Source of the DNA: Candidatus Latescibacterota bacterium
GTDB lineage: Bacteria > Latescibacterota > UBA2968
Direction: 5' to 3'
Assembly (NCBI GenBank): GCA_022821275.1
Contig: JAJEDY010000002.1
Span: 28,561 to 92,560 of the forward strand
DNA: 64,000 nt
Shown here: piece by piece, positions 60,601 through 64,000 of the stretch
Layout: every line of letters begins with the position of its first letter
Position numbering within the stretch: position 1 is the stretch's first letter
Position numbers and translations under genes: made by a program
The notes under the pieces: model-generated
Told to the model about the DNA's origin: nothing
Seen by the model: the letters and a program-made list of their open reading frames with translations, nothing else
The model's database searches: none

Positions 60601-60671
60601 AAAATCTCCTTTCAGTAGTCAGCGAAGGGGCAGGTTTGAAACCTGCCCGTACAAAACCAGCCCCTCTTTTT

Positions 60672-60698
60672 TATCTGCTTTCATCTGCGTCATCTGCG
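60672..60698. repeat. Three tandem 9-mers (ttatctgct ttcatctgcg tcatctgcg) directly after the enolase-family stop, in the sulfatase leader
   Basis: Seen directly. A GGGCAGGT-TTGAA-ACCTGCCC hairpin (60627-60647) lies 30 nt upstream of the sulfatase ATG. Confidence 0.45.
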
Positions 60699-60700
60699 GA

Positions 60701-61846
60701 TCACAACTCTCCAATCCGATTTTTCTCAAAAAATTCCCAATCCCATTCGGCACCCCAACCGGGATTATTGGGCGGTGTAATATGACCATTCTCGGGCAAA
60801 GGTGGATTGAGCAATCCAATCTCACGACCGCGCACATCCCGGGAACCTCCGGGGAAAAACTCGTAATAACTCGTATTCGATATGGCACAAACCAGATGTG
60901 CATGCACCAGTCCAAATAACCCCCCCGGTCCATTAAATTCAATATTTGCGCCGTGCATCTCCGTCAAATGTGCCAATTTCAACGTCGGAGTTGTACCCAG
61001 CCGCGCATTGGCGCGCAAGGCATCGGTTGCCCCGGAAATAATCCATTGCGCGCTCAAATCCACATCGTGCATCAAAGTCTCAGGTGCCAAAATGGGAATA
61101 TCCAGCGCGGCGCACAAACGCTGCAAATTCTTTTGATCTCGATCCGCCAAAGGCTCTTCAAACCATCCAAACCGCAACGCCTCCAGAGTCTTACCCACCC
61201 GAATCGCATCTTGCAACGTATAATCACATCCCGCGGCATCGTGCAAAATATCGACATCACCACCAACCGCATCGCGCACAGCGTGAAAACACGCGATATT
61301 TTCATCTGCCGTACCCCCAAAGTGATCTTTTACAGCCAAAAATCCCCGTTCCACTGCCTTTATAGCATCGGCTACAGCCTCCTCTTTTGATCCACTTCTA
61401 AAATTGTAATAAACCGCACAACGAGACCGCGCCCGACCAATCAGACTATAAACGGGCAACCCCGCAACCTTGCCAGCAATATCCCATAAACAATTGTCAA
61501 AAGCACCAAACCATCCGGGGCGCGTGAACATGCCGCGCGTTGCTTTGTGTAATTTTTGAGTAAGTCGTTCCCGGTCAAATGGATCTTCGCCAATCGCCAG
61601 CAACCGCAATTGCTCCAGATCTTCAGAGCGCATCGTCGTGTACCGCGCATCCCCCACTGTACACACCCCTTCGACGCCTTCGTCAGTTTGCACATGCAAA
61701 ACGTGTACCTGCTCTGCCGACTTACCCGTACCCCGCTTTGCCCATCGCTTGTGGGCACCCTGACCGGATTGTTCCATCCGAAACCGACCCGTATTGGCGG
61801 ACAACTCAAAAACCGAAATCGAAATCGCACGAATCTTCACTTCCAC
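60701..61846 (-). CDS. Enolase-superfamily enzyme (MR/MLE family)
   Basis: 381 aa with capping domain plus barrel. KDHFGG (K-x-K region), DAAG and EEP metal-ligand motifs. Confidence 0.75.
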   Translation of the reverse strand: MEVKIRAISISVFELSANTGRFRMEQSGQGAHKRWAKRGTGKSAEQVHVLHVQTDEGVEGVCTVGDARYTTMRSEDLEQLRLLAIGEDPFDRERLTQKLHKATRGMFTRPGWFGAFDNCLWDIAGKVAGLPVYSLIGRARSRCAVYYNFRSGSKEEAVADAIKAVERGFLAVKDHFGGTADENIACFHAVRDAVGGDVDILHDAAGCDYTLQDAIRVGKTLEALRFGWFEEPLADRDQKNLQRLCAALDIPILAPETLMHDVDLSAQWIISGATDALRANARLGTTPTLKLAHLTEMHGANIEFNGPGGLFGLVHAHLVCAISNTSYYEFFPGGSRDVRGREIGLLNPPLPENGHITPPNNPGWGAEWDWEFFEKNRIGEL

Positions 61847-61856
61847 CTCCTATCTA

Positions 61857-62501
61857 TCAAAACAAACTCCTGCGTCCATACGCACTACAAATGCGGCACT
61901 GACGGGGATCATGCCCCCTCGCCGGACAATATTCTCGGCCAAAAAAAATAATCTGCAAATGCAGCTTATTCCAGATTTCTGCGGGGAAAATGCGTTTCAA
62001 ATCGCGCTCGGTCTGCACCACATTTTTGCCATTGGACAATCCCCAGCGATAGGCGAGACGGTGAATATGCGTATCCACGGGAAATGCCGGCACGCCAAAA
62101 GCCTGAGCCATCACCACCGACGCAGTCTTGTGTCCCACGCCGGGCAATGCTTCCAAATCTTCATAAGATTGAGGCACCTCGCCATCGTGTTCATCCAGCA
62201 AAATATGAGACAAATCGAAAATCGCCTGTGATTTGCGAGGTGCCAACCCGCACGGACGAATAATGCCTTCAATTTCCTCAACCGACAGCGCAATCATTTT
62301 CTCCGGCGTATCCGCCCTGGCAAACAGAACCGGCGTCACCTGATTGACCCGCACATCGGTACACTGCGCCGACAACAACACCGCGACCAGCAAGGTATAA
62401 GCACTTCCGTGTCTCAGCGATCCTTCGGGATTGGGATACAACTCGTCCAAAATCTCGGCAATTCTCTCGGCTTTCTCGGCTTTACTAAAACGCTTTTTCA
62501 A
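61857..62501 (-). CDS. nth: Endonuclease III
   Basis: HhH-GPD (LPGVGHKTASVV), catalytic K/D, and C-x6-C-x2-C-x5-C [4Fe-4S] loop. TTG start 62499-62501 preceded by GGAGGA. Confidence 0.85.
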   Translation of the reverse strand: MKKRFSKAEKAERIAEILDELYPNPEGSLRHGSAYTLLVAVLLSAQCTDVRVNQVTPVLFARADTPEKMIALSVEEIEGIIRPCGLAPRKSQAIFDLSHILLDEHDGEVPQSYEDLEALPGVGHKTASVVMAQAFGVPAFPVDTHIHRLAYRWGLSNGKNVVQTERDLKRIFPAEIWNKLHLQIIFFGREYCPARGHDPRQCRICSAYGRRSLF

Positions 62502-62526
62502 ATTTATCCTCCACACAAATTGAAAA

Positions 62527-63678
62527 CTAATCGCCCGCCTGCGGCACAAACCCTCTGGGAGCTTTCATTTTATGGATAAACAACTGAATACCTATCGTCA
62601 CCAGAATAACCATACTACCCATCAGATAGGGCAATCGCGCACTGAAATGCTCGGCAACAAGCCCGCCGAGAAGGGGACCAAATAAAAAACCACTCCCCAC
62701 AATCGCTTCGTGAATACCCGTGCGACGGCCTCCCGGCCCTCCGGCGTACAAACTGTAAAAAATACTCGCTGTAAACGTCATACCAATAAGCCCACCCAAC
62801 AGCAAAAAACCACATGCAAAAACAATCGGCTGTGTACCTATCCCGATCAAACCGAGACCAAAAGCTCCCAGAAGCTGAGCAAAAATAATGGGTGACAGGC
62901 GAAATTGCCATCGATTTGTCCGCGACAGAAAATAAAAAACCGCAAGTTGGGTCAAAGCGATCAGCGCGAGCAAAACCCCCAGCAAATTCGGTGAAATGCC
63001 GAGATCCGTCGCCAGTTTTGGAAAAAGCGCACGTATAAGCCCAATCACAAAAAACGTTGCAAAATTCGCCAGCAATGCAAGGGGAAAAAAATGGCCTGAC
63101 GTCGCAACAACCGATCTCGTAGCCACAACATCTGGCTCCGATTCCGAAATGGGAACGACGATCAGCCCCAGAAATAACAAAAGCACAAAAAAGCCAGACA
63201 AAACAAATCCGCTAAACGGGTGGAATGCGAACAACACACCACCTGCGGCTGGGCCAACAAACACACCCAATGTCCACGCCACATTGAATCGCCCCAATGC
63301 GGGTAACAGCATATCTCGCGATTTCCCACGCCCAAGATAGGCTTGCATTGGGGGCCAATAATGTGCGATAGCAACAGCAGTAAGCACAGAAAGCAAAACA
63401 AAGTGCCAGATGCGATTGACACCGAGATATCCCACAAATGCCAGAAAAAGACAAAAACTCCCAATTCTCATAATCTGGCGATAACCCATCCGATCTGAAA
63501 GGCGGCCTGAAACGAGACTGGTCAAAGAATAAGCCAATGCACCCCAGGCATTGATGTGCCCGAGATCGTCATAAGTCGCACCAAAATGCAAGGCGTATAA
63601 TGGAACGCAAATGCCCACAATGGAAAAACAGCCATCCATCAAAAAGGCACTGATATACAAAAAAGTATCTTTTTTCAC
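62527..63678 (-). CDS. MFS transporter (12 TMS)
   Basis: 383 aa, 12 hydrophobic segments, GRLSDRMGYRQ motif-A-like loop. GTG start. Confidence 0.75.
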   Translation of the reverse strand: MKKDTFLYISAFLMDGCFSIVGICVPLYALHFGATYDDLGHINAWGALAYSLTSLVSGRLSDRMGYRQIMRIGSFCLFLAFVGYLGVNRIWHFVLLSVLTAVAIAHYWPPMQAYLGRGKSRDMLLPALGRFNVAWTLGVFVGPAAGGVLFAFHPFSGFVLSGFFVLLLFLGLIVVPISESEPDVVATRSVVATSGHFFPLALLANFATFFVIGLIRALFPKLATDLGISPNLLGVLLALIALTQLAVFYFLSRTNRWQFRLSPIIFAQLLGAFGLGLIGIGTQPIVFACGFLLLGGLIGMTFTASIFYSLYAGGPGGRRTGIHEAIVGSGFLFGPLLGGLVAEHFSARLPYLMGSMVILVTIGIQLFIHKMKAPRGFVPQAGD

Positions 63679-63696
63679 AAAAGGAGGTATCTCCTA

Positions 63697-63735
63697 TAAA
63701 AAAAGGGACTCACAAAGAGTCCCTTTTTATTTTTC
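63697..63735. terminator. Bidirectional rho-independent terminator
   Basis: A6-AGGGACTC-ACAAA-GAGTCCCT-T5ATTTTT. Confidence 0.6.
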
Positions 63736-63755
63736 ACAAAGAGTATTGTACTGCT

Positions 63756-64000
63756 TTACTGTGCCTCTTCTTCTCCACCGCCCATTGGATTGAGAATGCG
63801 ATCAATCTGGTCTTCGGCATATTTCTTGTATTGGCGATTCCCAAGCGCTTTTTTGTAGTGTGCAATCGCCCTTTCTTTTTGGCCAAGCTCGCGATAACAA
63901 TCGCCCAGAATGACATTGGCGGGCACTCTCCATTTAGACGAAGATACAGCTCTATTGGCGTGCCTGATGGCATTCTGATATTGCTTGAGTCCAAAATAAG
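63756..64000 (-). CDS. TPR-repeat protein, C-terminal end (runs off window edge)
   Basis: A frame not listed in the ORF track (no Met inside the window) translates to ...YFGLKQYQNAIRHANRAVSSSKWRVPANVILGDCYRELGQKERAIAHYKKALGNRQYKKYAEDQIDRILNPMGGGEEEAQ*, a typical TPR (W-LG-Y-A-Y-A-P) pattern ending at TAA 63756-63758. Confidence 0.45.
   Translation of the reverse strand, partial: YFGLKQYQNAIRHANRAVSSSKWRVPANVILGDCYRELGQKERAIAHYKKALGNRQYKKYAEDQIDRILNPMGGGEEEAQ

Noticed and set aside
3368-60624. 11-mer CGCTGACTACT recurring at 3368-3378 (+), 60614-60624 (-) and the 9-mer core at 50072-50080 (+), twice overlapping TAG stops of minus-strand genes (HNH gene, helicase-nuclease gene) and once in the sulfatase leader
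   Set aside because: Statistically unexpected for 64 kb, but contexts and strands are inconsistent and two copies are explained partly by stop-codon plus GGGCGGACTGAC context. I could not assign a coherent function. Worth a genome-wide k-mer check but not reported as a feature.

Overview
This 64-kb window is a moderately GC-rich bacterial chromosome segment (mid-50s % GC by eye, not computed). It probably comes from an uncultivated diderm heterotroph that specialises in sulfated or acidic polysaccharides. The metabolic evidence is six formylglycine-type sulfatases (C-x-P-x-R motif, all without signal peptides), four xylose-isomerase-like TIM barrels, two enolase-superfamily enzymes, an Ogl/PL22-like lyase, a sulfotransferase-like gene, Gfo/Idh/MocA, amidohydrolase and a penicillin-acylase family gene. 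The diderm call rests on an outer-membrane beta-barrel with signal peptide and an RND pump. Housekeeping anchors are the rpoD 3' end, hrpA, a heterodimeric ABC exporter, rpe, ffh-rpsP-rimM-trmD-rplS, tRNA-Val(TAC), yifB/comM and nth. No rRNA, CRISPR, transposase or integrase was seen. There are three small low-GC islets: Uma2 nuclease plus an sbcC 3' remnant, a VapBC pair, and two tiny ORFs. The standout locus is a 9.2-kb minus-strand operon (50076-59251) with its own near-consensus sigma70 promoter. It encodes an unknown 277-aa protein, two paralogous BrxD-like (DUF2791-type) P-loop ATPases, and a 1,889-aa fusion of an Lhr-like SF2 helicase, a Cas4/Dna2-like Fe-S PD-(D/E)xK nuclease and a Upf1/Dna2-like SF1B helicase. 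This looks like a defence or DNA-surveillance module not matching any named system I know. The last gene is bracketed by short direct repeats and AATTC heptad arrays that recur upstream of yifB. Several families of short intergenic repeats with 9-10 bp internal periodicity and a conserved GC-rich hairpin element are also present. All calls are from reading ORF translations and sequence by eye; no searches were run.
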